Positions 29,215 to 39,104 of a DNA stretch of 64,000 nt are shown here, in pieces. Source of the DNA: Pseudomonadota bacterium (GTDB lineage Bacteria; Pseudomonadota; Alphaproteobacteria; Rhodobacterales; Rhodobacteraceae). Each line of letters opens with the position of its first letter. Position 1 is the first letter of the stretch. The notes under the pieces were generated by a model. It saw only the letters and a program-made list of their open reading frames with translations, did no database searches and was not told the origin of the DNA. The stretch lies in NCBI GenBank assembly GCA_039821195.1, contig JBCBON010000007.1:91-64090 (forward strand). Direction: 5' to 3'. A program made the position numbers and the translations under genes.

Positions 29215-29495
29215 GACGTGTTTGCCTCAAACAACCGATTGCCTTTGTATAACCTGAATTTTTGCGAGTCGCTAATCCTATCCTTAAGAACAGACCCAAC
29301 TCGTCGGACAACTCTATAAATGGTCAGAAAAAGAGCATGAGTGTGTAAAAACTAACGACGCTAGGTCAATTCTGATTGCTGGTCATGTTTTTCAATTAAC
29401 TAACATCATGCGCACTCCCTGCGCGCATGTTGAATGCCCAAATTTTATGGAATCGGATTAAGCTAGTTGCAAAGATCAATTGGAAGGCCGTCTAA

Positions 29496-30122
29496 ATGTC
29501 AGAACCCGCAAAAATCACACCCTATGAGAACGGCCCGCTTGGCGTAAAGAACGGGCCAAAGCTGAGAATGCCGGATGGTGCGGAGCTTGAGATCAAAGGC
29601 GCGCTTTGCCGCTGTGGCTTGTCGAGCAATAAGCCATTTTGCGATGGAACCCACAGCAAAGAAGGCTGGGAAAGTACGAATGAAGGCGAAATCCGCAACA
29701 CGCCGATTGATTATACGGGTGTGGTTGATGGGGTTGAGGTGACGATTTCTTATACGCCGGTATTATGTACACATGCCGCCGAGTGTCAGCGTCTGGCCCT
29801 AAATGTGTTTAATCCGAAAGAGAAACCTTGGATTCAGCCCGAAAACGGATCACTGACGGAAATTCTGGATGTGATGGTGAACTGCCCATCCGGCGCGCTG
29901 CGCGTCTCCATCGGGGATAATGCCAAAGCGCATATGACCCCGCCCGATCTGGGCATCCGCGTTGAAAAAAATGGACCCTATCATGTGACCAATCTTGATC
30001 TGGATGCGGAGTTCAATGGGGCCGAGGCCAGCCGCGGGAAGTACTCGCTTTGTCGTTGTGGGTTGTCGAAGAATAAGCCGTTCTGTGATGGGTCGCATTA
30101 TGAGGAAGGGTGGAAGGAGTGA
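29496..30122 (+). CDS. CDGSH iron-sulfur domain protein (two CDGSH motifs flanking a ferredoxin-like Cys-rich segment)
   Basis: 208 aa. CRCGLSSNKPFCDGTHSKEGW and CRCGLSKNKPFCDGSHYEEGW, with a central CTHAAECQ...NCPSGAL segment. SD GGAAGG lies upstream. Confidence 0.85.
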   Translation: MSEPAKITPYENGPLGVKNGPKLRMPDGAELEIKGALCRCGLSSNKPFCDGTHSKEGWESTNEGEIRNTPIDYTGVVDGVEVTISYTPVLCTHAAECQRLALNVFNPKEKPWIQPENGSLTEILDVMVNCPSGALRVSIGDNAKAHMTPPDLGIRVEKNGPYHVTNLDLDAEFNGAEASRGKYSLCRCGLSKNKPFCDGSHYEEGWKE

Positions 30123-30634
30123 TTCAAAGTAAGAAAATTAAATTGGCAACTATGCTCACGACGGTTCCACTGATGTCGTTTGCAGATACATCATATCTAA
30201 CGAAGGACTCCGAACGGTTGGTTAACCTAAAACCTGACTATCACCAATATGAGGCAGAAGTAGTCGAAGTAGTTGACGGTGATACAATCAGAGTCAAATT
30301 ACACGCTCTTCCCGGTCTGGAATACGTAGTTGATGTTCGTTCTAGAGGAATTGATGCGCCCGAAATTAAACGTGCAGAGTGTGATTGGGAGCAAGAACTA
30401 GGACAGCGAGCGAAGGAGTATATCTCGGAGAGGTTTGAACGAGGCCGATGGGTCTTACTCGAGAATTTACAAGAGGGCAGTTTTTCGGGCCGCGTAGTTG
30501 CAGATGTGAAGCGTTGGCATGGAAACCAAAGATGGGAGTCTATTTCTGATTTATTGTTATCAGCTGACGAGCTTTTGGCGGTAGAGTATGATTCAAAAAA
30601 TCCTTTCGACTGGTGTCAAACGGTTCAACAGTGA
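30110..30634 (+). CDS. Secreted staphylococcal-nuclease-like (thermonuclease/SNase family) protein
   Basis: 174 aa. Sec-type signal (KKIKLATMLTTVPLMSFA|DTS). SNase core VVDGDTIRVKL...VDVRSRGIDAPE and GRVVADV. GTG start overlaps the CDGSH stop by 13 nt, so the exact start is uncertain. Confidence 0.7.
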   Translation: MEGVIQSKKIKLATMLTTVPLMSFADTSYLTKDSERLVNLKPDYHQYEAEVVEVVDGDTIRVKLHALPGLEYVVDVRSRGIDAPEIKRAECDWEQELGQRAKEYISERFERGRWVLLENLQEGSFSGRVVADVKRWHGNQRWESISDLLLSADELLAVEYDSKNPFDWCQTVQQ

Positions 30635-30770
30635 TTGGTTTTCTTTGTGAATGCGACGCGGCGAAGCGGAGTGAGCTTATTGCGCGCATTCGGGCGCCCG
30701 CCCGTCCGCAAGGGCGGGGCGCTTCGCGCTGTTAACCCGCCCACGGGCGACCGCTTAAACAATGTTGTAT

Positions 30771-30799
30771 CAAATAAATGAGGCGACCGAAGCCGCCTC
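30771..30799 (-). terminator. Rho-independent terminator downstream of infB
   Basis: The minus strand reads GAGGCGGC-TTCG-GTCGCCTC (8-bp stem with one G-U pair, UUCG loop) followed by ATTTATTT. It lies about 85 nt after the infB stop. Confidence 0.6.
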
Positions 30800-30883
30800 C
30801 AAGTTCTCTGTCCGATCCCTGTGGATCGGCAGTGCTGCGCACTACCTTTCCCCACCACGACATGACCGCAAAGCGGTCAGTCG

Positions 30884-33370
30884 TTAATCCAACGTCCGTG
30901 CGATCTCTTCTGTTTCAAAGATCTCGATCACATCGCCTTCGCGGATGTCTTCGTAGTTTTCAAAGGCCATACCGCATTCTTGGCCGCCTTGGACTTCTTT
31001 GACTTCATCCTTAAAGCGCTTCAACGTTTTCAGCGTGCCTTCGTGGATCACGACGTTGTCGCGCAGCAGGCGCACACCCGCGGACCGACGCGCGACGCCT
31101 TCGGTGACTTCACAACCACCGATTTTGCCAACGCCCGTGATTTTGAAGACCTCTTTGATCTTCGCATAACCGATAAACGTCTCTTTGATTTCCGCTGACA
31201 AGAGGCCGGAGGCCGCCGCTTTCACATCATCAACCAGATCGTAGATGATCGAATAATAGCGGATTTCGACACCTTTTTGGTTCGCGGCATTTCGCGCGGG
31301 CGCATTGGCACGCACGTTAAAACCGATAATTGGTGCGCCCGAGGCCTCGGCCAAGTTCACATCCGATTCCGTGATAGCACCCACACCTGAATGCAGAACG
31401 CGCACGCGAACCTCATCATTGCCAATTTTTTCCATGGCTTGAACAATCGCTTCGGCAGAACCCTGCACGTCGGCTTTCATCAGAATGGGCAGCTCGGTGA
31501 CGTTTTCGTCGGCTTTCTTCTTGGCCAGCAACTGATCTAAAGTGGCCGCTGCACCAGCCGCTGCCTTTTTGTCTTTTTCAGCCTGAATACGGTAATCCGC
31601 GATTTCGCGCGCTTCCGCTTCTGACGCAACTACGTTCAGGATGTCGCCCGCTTCTGGTGTGCCGTTAAGACCCAATACCTCGACCGGGACAGATGGACCC
31701 GCCTCGTTCACGGTTTTGCCTTGGTCGTTGACCAGCGCGCGGACTTTACCCCATTCGGAGCCAACGACAAAGATATCGCCGCGTTTTAGCGTGCCATGTT
31801 CGACCAGAACGGTGGCAACCGGGCCGCGACCAGTGTCGAGCTTCGCTTCGATGACGGCACCTGTTGCACGACGATCCGGGTTTGCTTTGAGTTCCAGAAT
31901 TTCGGACTGCAACGAGATCGCTTCGACCAGTTCTTTCAGGCCGTCACCGCGCAGGGCGGATACTTCGACGTCTTGAACCTCGCCAGACATCGCTTCGACG
32001 ACGACTTCATGTTGCAGAAGTTCCGTACGCACACGGTTGGGATCCGCGCCTTCAACATCGATCTTATTGATCGCGATGATCATCGGTACTTCGGCCGCTT
32101 TTGCATGCGCAATCGCCTCGATTGTTTGCGGCATGACGCCATCATTCGCAGCAACCACCAGAACGACAACGTCAGTCACTTGTGCGCCGCGCGCGCGCAT
32201 GGATGTAAAGGCCGCGTGGCCAGGTGTATCGAGGAAGGTCAGAACATTCCCGTCATCTGCCGTGATTTGATAGGCACCAATATGCTGCGTGATGCCGCCC
32301 GCTTCGCCCGCAACAACATTGGTTTTACGCAGCGCATCCAGAACGGAAGTTTTTCCGTGGTCTACATGGCCCATGATTGTAATCACAGGTGCACGCGGTT
32401 TAAGATCCTCGGGCTTGTCTTCGATCGTTTGGATTGCATCTTCAACATCGGCGTCAGAAACACGAACAACCTTATGGCCAAATTCTTCGACCAATAGCTC
32501 AGCCGTATCTGCATCGATGGTCTGGTTCTGTGTTGCCATGATGCCATTGTTCATCAGGGATTTCACGACCGCAGCTGTCTTTTCGGCCATACGGTTTGCA
32601 AGTTCACCGACAGTAATTGCTTCGGGGACCTGAACTTCGCGGACGATTTTTTCGCGGTCTCCACCACCATCTTGCATACGGCGACGTTCGCGTTCTTGCG
32701 CACGACGTACAGATGCAAGCGACCGTTGTCGCCCCTCTTCGCCACCAAGCGCTTGGGTGATTGTCAGCTTACCAGAGCTACGACGATCACCGCCGCCTTT
32801 GGATTGACGTTCTTGGCGCTTATTGTCCCGCTCTTTTTCTTTCTTAGTGCTTGCGATCTTATTGTTCGGACCGCGTTGTTCAGCAGCTTGGGCTGCTGAC
32901 GGATCTACTGGGGCGGAGCGTGCATCGGACTTCGCCGGAGGCTTGGATGATTTCGCGTTAGCCTCTTCTTTTGCTTTCGCTTCAGCTTCTTCTTTTGCTT
33001 TTCGGGCTTCCTCGCGCTCACGTTCTTCGCGCTCTTTCTCATCGCGCTCACGACGCCGCTCTTCACGTTCGGCCTCGCGTTCCTTTGCGTCGGCTTTTTC
33101 CTTGGCTTTTCGCTCAGACTCCATCGCCTGCGCTGCGGCGAGTGCCTTTTTGCGACGCTCCATTTCTGCATCAGAAATGCCGACCGCGTTTGGATCACCG
33201 GCGCCCGGCTTCCCGCCGCTTGCACCCGGCTTGCCCGGAACAATTACGCGCTTGCGTTTCTTTTCCACGACCACGGATTTCGAACGGCCATGGGAAAAGC
33301 TCTGCTTGACTGTGCCGCCACCGCCTCGCAGTCCCAATGGTTTTTTTCCGCTCGTCTTTTCGTCGCTCAT
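30884..33370 (-). CDS. infB: Translation initiation factor IF-2
   Basis: 828 aa. Charged low-complexity N-terminal region, then GTPase motifs [14 protein letters not shown] and NKID, and conserved C-terminal domains. Confidence 0.95.
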   Translation of the reverse strand: MSDEKTSGKKPLGLRGGGGTVKQSFSHGRSKSVVVEKKRKRVIVPGKPGASGGKPGAGDPNAVGISDAEMERRKKALAAAQAMESERKAKEKADAKEREAEREERRRERDEKEREEREREEARKAKEEAEAKAKEEANAKSSKPPAKSDARSAPVDPSAAQAAEQRGPNNKIASTKKEKERDNKRQERQSKGGGDRRSSGKLTITQALGGEEGRQRSLASVRRAQERERRRMQDGGGDREKIVREVQVPEAITVGELANRMAEKTAAVVKSLMNNGIMATQNQTIDADTAELLVEEFGHKVVRVSDADVEDAIQTIEDKPEDLKPRAPVITIMGHVDHGKTSVLDALRKTNVVAGEAGGITQHIGAYQITADDGNVLTFLDTPGHAAFTSMRARGAQVTDVVVLVVAANDGVMPQTIEAIAHAKAAEVPMIIAINKIDVEGADPNRVRTELLQHEVVVEAMSGEVQDVEVSALRGDGLKELVEAISLQSEILELKANPDRRATGAVIEAKLDTGRGPVATVLVEHGTLKRGDIFVVGSEWGKVRALVNDQGKTVNEAGPSVPVEVLGLNGTPEAGDILNVVASEAEAREIADYRIQAEKDKKAAAGAAATLDQLLAKKKADENVTELPILMKADVQGSAEAIVQAMEKIGNDEVRVRVLHSGVGAITESDVNLAEASGAPIIGFNVRANAPARNAANQKGVEIRYYSIIYDLVDDVKAAASGLLSAEIKETFIGYAKIKEVFKITGVGKIGGCEVTEGVARRSAGVRLLRDNVVIHEGTLKTLKRFKDEVKEVQGGQECGMAFENYEDIREGDVIEIFETEEIARTLD

Positions 33371-33374
33371 TCAA

Positions 33375-34004
33375 TCACCCTTTCGATCCGGCAGGTCCTG
33401 CCGCCAATTTCGGATCGGCCCGAAAGCCGACCAATCTGTTTGCGGCGTGCTGGACAGGTAGAGTCATACCCCCTGCCAGAAGTGCCGCGTGTATCACATG
33501 TTCACGCCCGAATGCCAAACCCAATTCGTCTGCAGTCAACTGGTCATAAAAAACGTTTTGTCCCTTCGGAGGACGCAGCTTTCGCTTCTGATCGGCAGAC
33601 CCGTCAGAGGCTTGGAAAAGGATTCTTGCCTCGCCGTATTCAAGGGCGGCTTTGACCTTATCAAACCCTGCCATCGCCTTTCCGGCTTTACGAGACAATG
33701 AAATGAGCTCGATGAGGCGTTTTGCAAGAAGCGCGCCGGTCATTTCGGCCAAATCTTCAGGGATTTTTGCCGGTTTCTTTGCAGCGCTTGAAAACGCGTT
33801 ACGCTTAACCGCCTGAGACAAAACCTTTTCCGTGGCCGTCACCCACATCCCACGCCCCGGAAGTTTTTCCGAGATATCCGGCGTGACCACGCCATCAGGG
33901 TCAAGTACAAAGCGCACCATGCCCGCTTTGCCACCGGTCTCCCGCGTGACGATGCACCGGCGTTCCGGCGCATCCGGTTTATGTTTGGCTCCACCTCGTG
34001 TCAT
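33375..34004 (-). CDS. YlxR/DUF448 RNA-binding protein with L7Ae-like C-terminal region
   Basis: 209 aa. RRCIVTRE...GRGMWV motif, and the conserved position between nusA and infB. Confidence 0.8.
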   Translation of the reverse strand: MTRGGAKHKPDAPERRCIVTRETGGKAGMVRFVLDPDGVVTPDISEKLPGRGMWVTATEKVLSQAVKRNAFSSAAKKPAKIPEDLAEMTGALLAKRLIELISLSRKAGKAMAGFDKVKAALEYGEARILFQASDGSADQKRKLRPPKGQNVFYDQLTADELGLAFGREHVIHAALLAGGMTLPVQHAANRLVGFRADPKLAAGPAGSKG

Positions 34005-34028
34005 GGGCGCCGCTCCAGTTCCGAGGCA

Positions 34029-35651
34029 TCACGCCTCGACCCCTTCCTCGTCGCCTTCAGCCAATTCGGCTTCGGCAGCTGCTGCATCTTCGGCGAGTTG
34101 CTCTTCGGTGACCCATCCGAGTTGAAGCCGGGCCGTCATGATCAGGTTCTGGGCTTCCTCAAGGTTCACGCCGAATTTTTCCAATGACCCATCATCTTTG
34201 ACCTTTTTGCCATCGATGGTGGTGTAGCCGCCCGCAAGCTCCCAGTCGGCACAGGTCGCGAAATCTTCGAGGGACTTCACATCATCGTCGCCCAAAGCCA
34301 CTAGCATTTGCGGCGACAGGCCGTCGAAATCGATCAGGTCCTGTTCCACGCCCATTTCGCGGGCTTTTTCGATGGCTCTGGAGTTGATCTCGTCCAGTGA
34401 CTCGCGAGCGCGGGCTTGAAGCTCGTCCGCTGTGTCTTGATCAAAGCCTTCGATGGTTAGCAATTCGTCCACCTCGACATAGGCGACTTCTTCAAGTTCG
34501 GTGAAGCCTTCGGCCACCAAAAGTTGCGCAACCACCTCGTCGACATTCATTGTGTCCATGAACATCTTGGTGCGCTCTTCGAACTCGGCCTGACGACGCT
34601 CGGATTCCTCCGCCTCGGTCATGATGTCGATATCAAGGCCCGTCAACTGAGAGGCCAAACGCACGTTTTGACCGCGACGGCCGATGGCCAAAGACAATTG
34701 ATCATCGGGAACAACAACTTCGATACGTTCTGCTTCATCGTCCAAAACAACTTTGGAGACTTCGGCAGGTTGCAGCGCGTTCACCAAGAAGGTCGGCGCG
34801 TCTTCATTCCACGGAATGATGTCGATTTTCTCGCCGCCAAGCTCGTTCACCACGGCTTGAACGCGTGATCCGCGCATACCCACACAGGCCCCCACCGGGT
34901 CGATGGAATTATCATAAGAGATCACGCCTATCTTCGCACGAGATCCCGGGTCGCGCGCCACCGCCTTGATCTCGATGATGCCATCATAAATCTCTGGCAC
35001 TTCCATTTTGAAGAGTTCGGCCATGAATTCTGGTGCTGTCCGCGAGAGGAAAATCTGCGGACCTCGTGTCTCGGAGCGGACCTCTTTGATATAGGCGCGG
35101 ATGCGATCACCGTTGCGGAACATTTCACGGTTTATCAGCTGGTCGCGGCGGCAAACGGCCTCTCCCATACCAACGTCAACGATCACGTTGCCATACTCGG
35201 TCCGCTTGACCAGACCGTTGATGATTGTCCCCTGACGATCTTTGAACTCGTTGTATTGCTTTTCGCGCTCTGCCTCGCGGACCTTTTGCAGGATCACTTG
35301 CTTAGCGGATTGAGCAGCGATCCGGCCCATATCCATCGGCGGCAGTTCATCGATAATCAGATCACCCACCTTTGGGTCATCGAGATGCGCGCGCGCTTCA
35401 TGTGGTGTCATCTGAGTCGAAAAATCTTCCACCTCTTCGACGACTTCGCGGACGCGCGTCATGGTCAGCTCGCCAGATTTGCGATCAATGTGCGCGCGAA
35501 TATCGAGGTCTTGGCCGTACTTCGTTTTGGCGGCTTTGGCGTAGGATTCCTCCATCGCGATGATGACCAGTTCCGGATCAATCAGCTTCTCGCGCGCTAC
35601 AGCATCGGCGATTTGCAACAACTCCAAACGGTTTGCAGATGTAATGGCCAT
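34029..35651 (-). CDS. nusA: Transcription termination/antitermination factor NusA
   Basis: 540 aa. N-terminal domain, S1, two KH domains (IGACVGMRGSRVQAV, AIGRRGQNVRLASQLTG) and an acidic C-terminal repeat region. Confidence 0.95.
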   Translation of the reverse strand: MAITSANRLELLQIADAVAREKLIDPELVIIAMEESYAKAAKTKYGQDLDIRAHIDRKSGELTMTRVREVVEEVEDFSTQMTPHEARAHLDDPKVGDLIIDELPPMDMGRIAAQSAKQVILQKVREAEREKQYNEFKDRQGTIINGLVKRTEYGNVIVDVGMGEAVCRRDQLINREMFRNGDRIRAYIKEVRSETRGPQIFLSRTAPEFMAELFKMEVPEIYDGIIEIKAVARDPGSRAKIGVISYDNSIDPVGACVGMRGSRVQAVVNELGGEKIDIIPWNEDAPTFLVNALQPAEVSKVVLDDEAERIEVVVPDDQLSLAIGRRGQNVRLASQLTGLDIDIMTEAEESERRQAEFEERTKMFMDTMNVDEVVAQLLVAEGFTELEEVAYVEVDELLTIEGFDQDTADELQARARESLDEINSRAIEKAREMGVEQDLIDFDGLSPQMLVALGDDDVKSLEDFATCADWELAGGYTTIDGKKVKDDGSLEKFGVNLEEAQNLIMTARLQLGWVTEEQLAEDAAAAEAELAEGDEEGVEA

Positions 35652-36203
35652 TTAGCCCTCCTCAGTTTCGATATCGTCGAAAGCAGTTTCGTCGATATCT
35701 TTGCGGTTCTTCAGCGTCTCGGCGACCAGCTCGTCCGTTAGGACAAGTTTGGCGTCGGACAGCCAATCGAATTTTAGCCCAATCGTCCCTTGGGGAATTG
35801 TGATCAGCACTTCATCATCTTCGGTTCCAGCAAGCGGTCCTTTGAACCGCTTTTGACCGTCTATCATCTCGGTTGTCTCGATCTTGGCCTCGTAGCCGTG
35901 CCACATGTCGAAATCCTTAAGGCGTGTCAGCGGGCGGTCGATGCCGGGGCTGGAGACCTCGAGATTGTATTCCTCTTCAATCGGGTCTTCGACGTCGAAC
36001 ACGGCCGACAGTTCGGTGGAAATCTTCGCACAGTCATCCACCTCAATTCCGCCTTCAGGACGGTCCGCCATAATTTGAAGGGTTGGCGTCTTACCACCCA
36101 TGTACCGCAGGCGCACCAGTTCAAAACCCAAACCCTCGATCACCGGATTGGCGATCTGAGACAAGCGTTTGTCCATTGGTGTTTTAGCGATCAGATCAGA
36201 CAT
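35652..36203 (-). CDS. rimP: Ribosome maturation factor RimP
   Basis: About 183 aa from the ATG at 36203, preceded by [17 protein letters not shown] motif. It directly abuts the nusA start. Confidence 0.85.
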   Translation of the reverse strand: MSDLIAKTPMDKRLSQIANPVIEGLGFELVRLRYMGGKTPTLQIMADRPEGGIEVDDCAKISTELSAVFDVEDPIEEEYNLEVSSPGIDRPLTRLKDFDMWHGYEAKIETTEMIDGQKRFKGPLAGTEDDEVLITIPQGTIGLKFDWLSDAKLVLTDELVAETLKNRKDIDETAFDDIETEEG

Positions 36204-36215
36204 AAGGTCCTTAAA

Positions 36216-36239
36216 CAAAAAAACGGGCGCGAGGCCCGT
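36216..36239 (-). terminator. Intrinsic terminator-like hairpin in the rimP-nusA-infB leader
   Basis: The minus strand reads ACGGGC-CTCGC-GCCCGT followed by TTTTTTTG, ending 12 nt before the rimP ATG. Confidence 0.5.
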
Positions 36240-36295
36240 GACTAGCTTCCGGTGGAGGGTCGGGGTTGGAAGCCGATCCGCCTCTGTTGCTGCGC

Positions 36296-36324
36296 ACATA
36301 GGCCTGAGTCGGCGAAGATGCAAG
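36296..36324 (-). promoter_or_regulatory. Candidate sigma-70 type promoter for rimP-nusA-infB (CTTGCA-N17-CTATGT)
   Basis: Resembles the alphaproteobacterial housekeeping consensus CTTGAC-N17-CTATAT. It lies upstream of the leader hairpin. Motif match only. Confidence 0.3.
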
Positions 36325-36329
36325 GGTCC

Positions 36330-37652
36330 TTAGGCGTGGTCGATGTAGGAGCGATATTCGAAGGCAGAGATATCTGCGAGGAAGCGGTCCATTTCCTGTT
36401 CCTTCGCTTTTGTGAAGGCATGAACCAACAAAGGATCAAACGGAGCTTTTTCAAATTCAGCCACCGCATCGCGCCATTGTGTCGGTAACATGGGCAGGTC
36501 TTGATTATACGCGTCACCTTCAACGGGTGGGGGCGGTGTCATTTTCCTGTCTAATCCATCCAGTGCTGATTGAAGAATGGCTGCAATCACCAAGTACGGG
36601 TTTGCATCCGCTCCGGCCACTCGATGTTCGACGCGAGATGCCGCTGCGGGTCCGCCAGGAATGCGCAACGCTGTTGTGCGGTTCTCAAATCCCCAAGCAA
36701 TTTTGCACGGGGCGTGGCTGTGTGCCGCAAACCGACGATAGCTGTTTTGGTGGGGCGCAAATGCCGCCATGCAAGACGGCATCGCAGAAATGCATCCGGC
36801 GACTGCAGCCTCAAGGTTTGAAAGACCTCGGGGAGTTTCCCGGTCGAAAATGTTCTCACCCTCTTCCCTCAGCATTGAGAAATGCACATGCAGCCCGTTG
36901 CCCGAACGATCTGCAAATGGCTTTGCCATAAACGTGGCGGTCAGTTTGTGGTGTTTGGCACAGGCCTTTACTGCTCGTTTGAAGAGAACGGCATCATCTG
37001 CTGCCCGAACCGCATCGGGCACATGTTTGAGGTTGATTTCAAACTGACCTTCGCCGTTCTCTGATATGGCCGTATCTGCTGGGATACCCTGGGCCTCGCA
37101 GATCGAATATACGTCATCAAGGAACGGTCCCACACGCTCAAGCTCGCGGATGCAAACCATGTTGTATTCGTCGAGGATCCGATCAGACCGTTGCGAGGTT
37201 GCATAGATCTTCTTGGGATCTGTGAGGTAAAACTCCAACTCTGTAGCAACGACGGGTGTCAATTTCCGCGCTGCAAGTTCGCTTGCGACCTTTGCCAGCG
37301 TTTGTCTTGGATCGGCGGCAAAGGGCTCTCCGTCATCTGTCCAAAGCATACAAGGAAGAAAGGTTTCTTCGCGATTTCCAAGCTTGGTCGTGACCGGCCC
37401 ACGATCCGTCACAAGTACCTTTCCGTCCGCGTCTCCCTTTTCGAAAACCAGTTTATTGCCTTCGGAATCTCGGCCCCAGATATCGACGCCCATAAGGGAA
37501 ACCGGCATCCTGAAACCCTCTGTCTCCAGCGTTTTACGCTTGCCAAAGGGAAAGCGTTTGCCCCGAATTTGTCCATTCAAGTCAACGACGCCGGCGGTAA
37601 GTGATTTAGGCAAGCAAAAGCCCCTGCGATTGAATTTTTGGAAGAGCTGCAT
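36330..37652 (-). CDS. Glutamine synthetase family protein (gamma-glutamyl-polyamine/amine synthetase-like)
   Basis: About 430-440 aa. GS catalytic-domain motifs (ELEFYL, KPFADRSGNGLHVHFS, NSYRR, RIPG). Start uncertain: an in-frame TTG at 37613 would overlap the upstream stop by only 8 nt, against 47 nt for the full ORF. Confidence 0.8.
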   Translation of the reverse strand: MQLFQKFNRRGFCLPKSLTAGVVDLNGQIRGKRFPFGKRKTLETEGFRMPVSLMGVDIWGRDSEGNKLVFEKGDADGKVLVTDRGPVTTKLGNREETFLPCMLWTDDGEPFAADPRQTLAKVASELAARKLTPVVATELEFYLTDPKKIYATSQRSDRILDEYNMVCIRELERVGPFLDDVYSICEAQGIPADTAISENGEGQFEINLKHVPDAVRAADDAVLFKRAVKACAKHHKLTATFMAKPFADRSGNGLHVHFSMLREEGENIFDRETPRGLSNLEAAVAGCISAMPSCMAAFAPHQNSYRRFAAHSHAPCKIAWGFENRTTALRIPGGPAAASRVEHRVAGADANPYLVIAAILQSALDGLDRKMTPPPPVEGDAYNQDLPMLPTQWRDAVAEFEKAPFDPLLVHAFTKAKEQEMDRFLADISAFEYRSYIDHA

Positions 37653-39003
37653 CCAGCGCAGCGCGCAGTTTTGCTACGAGATCATCAACATTGTCGCGGG
37701 TGAAGATCAGGGGTGGCGAGGCGGCAATACTGTCTTTGATGGCGCGACACATCAAACCGTTCGCCAAATAGCATTCCTTGACGATAGCGCCCGCTTTACC
37801 CGGTTCTGCAAACATCACCCGATGGCCTGCTTTTGGCGTTAACTGAATAGCACCAAGCATGCCTTTTTGCCGCGTTTCACCGACGAGCGGATGGTCAGCC
37901 AGGGTGGCCCAACGTTGTTTGAAATAGGGGATAATTTCTTTGGCGCAGTTGGCAACAATGCCCTCTTCTTCGAGAATGCGGATATTTTCCAAAGCGACTG
38001 CGGCGGCTACGGGATGGCCCGAATACGTATAGCCATGGAAAAAAATACCAGCGTGCTCTGCGAAAGCGTTTGCGATGCGATCACTGATCACTGACCCGGA
38101 AATCGGCATATATCCAGATGAAAGCCCCTTCGCGATCGTCATGATGTCAGGTCGAATGTCGTATGTCTCGGACCCGAACCAAGGCCCCGTTCGGCCAAAG
38201 CCGCAGACCACCTCATCAGCAATAAACAGAATTTCATATTTTTCCAGAATGCGACTGACCTCTGGCCAATAAGTCTCGGGCGGAACGATCACACCGCCTG
38301 CACCTTGAATCGGTTCTGCAATAAAGGCGGCGACATTCGCCTCGCCCAATTCCAAGATCTTTTCTTCCAGTTGGCGCGCAATGCGGATCCCAAACTCGTC
38401 GCGGGCCTCTCCCTCAATTGCATTCACCCAAAAGTTGGGTTCATCAATCCAATGGATACCCGACATGACCCCGCCCTGTGCATGCATATTTGTCATTCCA
38501 CCCAAAGAGGTACCCGCAAGAGAGGATCCATGATACGCGTTATGCCGCGAGATGATGGCCTGTTTTGATGGTTTGCCCATTGCCGTCCAATAATGGCGTA
38601 CAAAGCGCAAATTCGTATCGTTTGCGTCTGATCCGGAATTGCCAAAGAACACATGATTGAGGTCGCCGGGCGCCAGTTCAGCAATCTTGGCTGCGAGTTC
38701 GATGACTGGAGGATGAGCTGTCTGAAAAAACGTATTGTAATATGGCAACTCTGCCATCTGGCGCGCTGCAACTTCGGCAAGTTCTTTTCGACCGTAACCG
38801 ATGTTTACGCACCACAGACCGGCCATCGCATCAAGAATTTGCGCGCCATCGTTGTCATAGAGGTAAACTCCGTCAGCGCGAGAAATAATCCGGGAGCCCG
38901 TTCCCTTTGTGACCGATCCATCTGCAAAGGGCTGAATATGGTGGTCCGCATTCAGCTGCACCAGTTCTTTTGTCGGGCGATGGTTGATCAGATGCTTGTT
39001 CAT
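37606..39003 (-). CDS. Class III (omega) aminotransferase, putrescine/beta-alanine--pyruvate type-like
   Basis: About 465 aa from the ATG at 39003 (AGGAGA upstream). GSDANDT, DEVVCGFGRTG and the TIAKGLSSGY PLP-lysine motif. Confidence 0.85.
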   Translation of the reverse strand: MNKHLINHRPTKELVQLNADHHIQPFADGSVTKGTGSRIISRADGVYLYDNDGAQILDAMAGLWCVNIGYGRKELAEVAARQMAELPYYNTFFQTAHPPVIELAAKIAELAPGDLNHVFFGNSGSDANDTNLRFVRHYWTAMGKPSKQAIISRHNAYHGSSLAGTSLGGMTNMHAQGGVMSGIHWIDEPNFWVNAIEGEARDEFGIRIARQLEEKILELGEANVAAFIAEPIQGAGGVIVPPETYWPEVSRILEKYEILFIADEVVCGFGRTGPWFGSETYDIRPDIMTIAKGLSSGYMPISGSVISDRIANAFAEHAGIFFHGYTYSGHPVAAAVALENIRILEEEGIVANCAKEIIPYFKQRWATLADHPLVGETRQKGMLGAIQLTPKAGHRVMFAEPGKAGAIVKECYLANGLMCRAIKDSIAASPPLIFTRDNVDDLVAKLRAALDAALPKIQSQGLLLA

Positions 39004-39104
39004 GATCTTGGTCTCCTGTCGGGTTGAATGTGGAGGCAAAGCTTGGCGCGGCGCAAGTCAATTCGATATTGCGCGCGTCATCTGTCTATGGGTTAAGCAA
39101 CGTC

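Noticed and set aside
29089-29319. Small ORFs (76 aa on the plus strand, 63 aa on the minus strand) overlapping the 5' end of cupin A and the spacer.
   Set aside because: They overlap a supported CDS and have no ribosome-binding site or motif, so they are probably spurious.
30625-30858. A 77-aa ORF (minus strand) and a 74-aa ORF (30778-31002, plus strand) in the nuclease-infB spacer.
   Set aside because: These are Arg/Pro/Gly-rich translations of GC-rich hairpin DNA, with no SD and an overlap with the infB terminator. They are better explained as structured non-coding sequence.
32823-33461. A 212-aa ORF and an apparent repeat structure opposite the 5' part of infB.
   Set aside because: It reflects the charged Glu/Arg/Lys/Ala low-complexity N-terminal region of IF-2 ([20 protein letters not shown]...). 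It is not an independent gene or a DNA repeat element.
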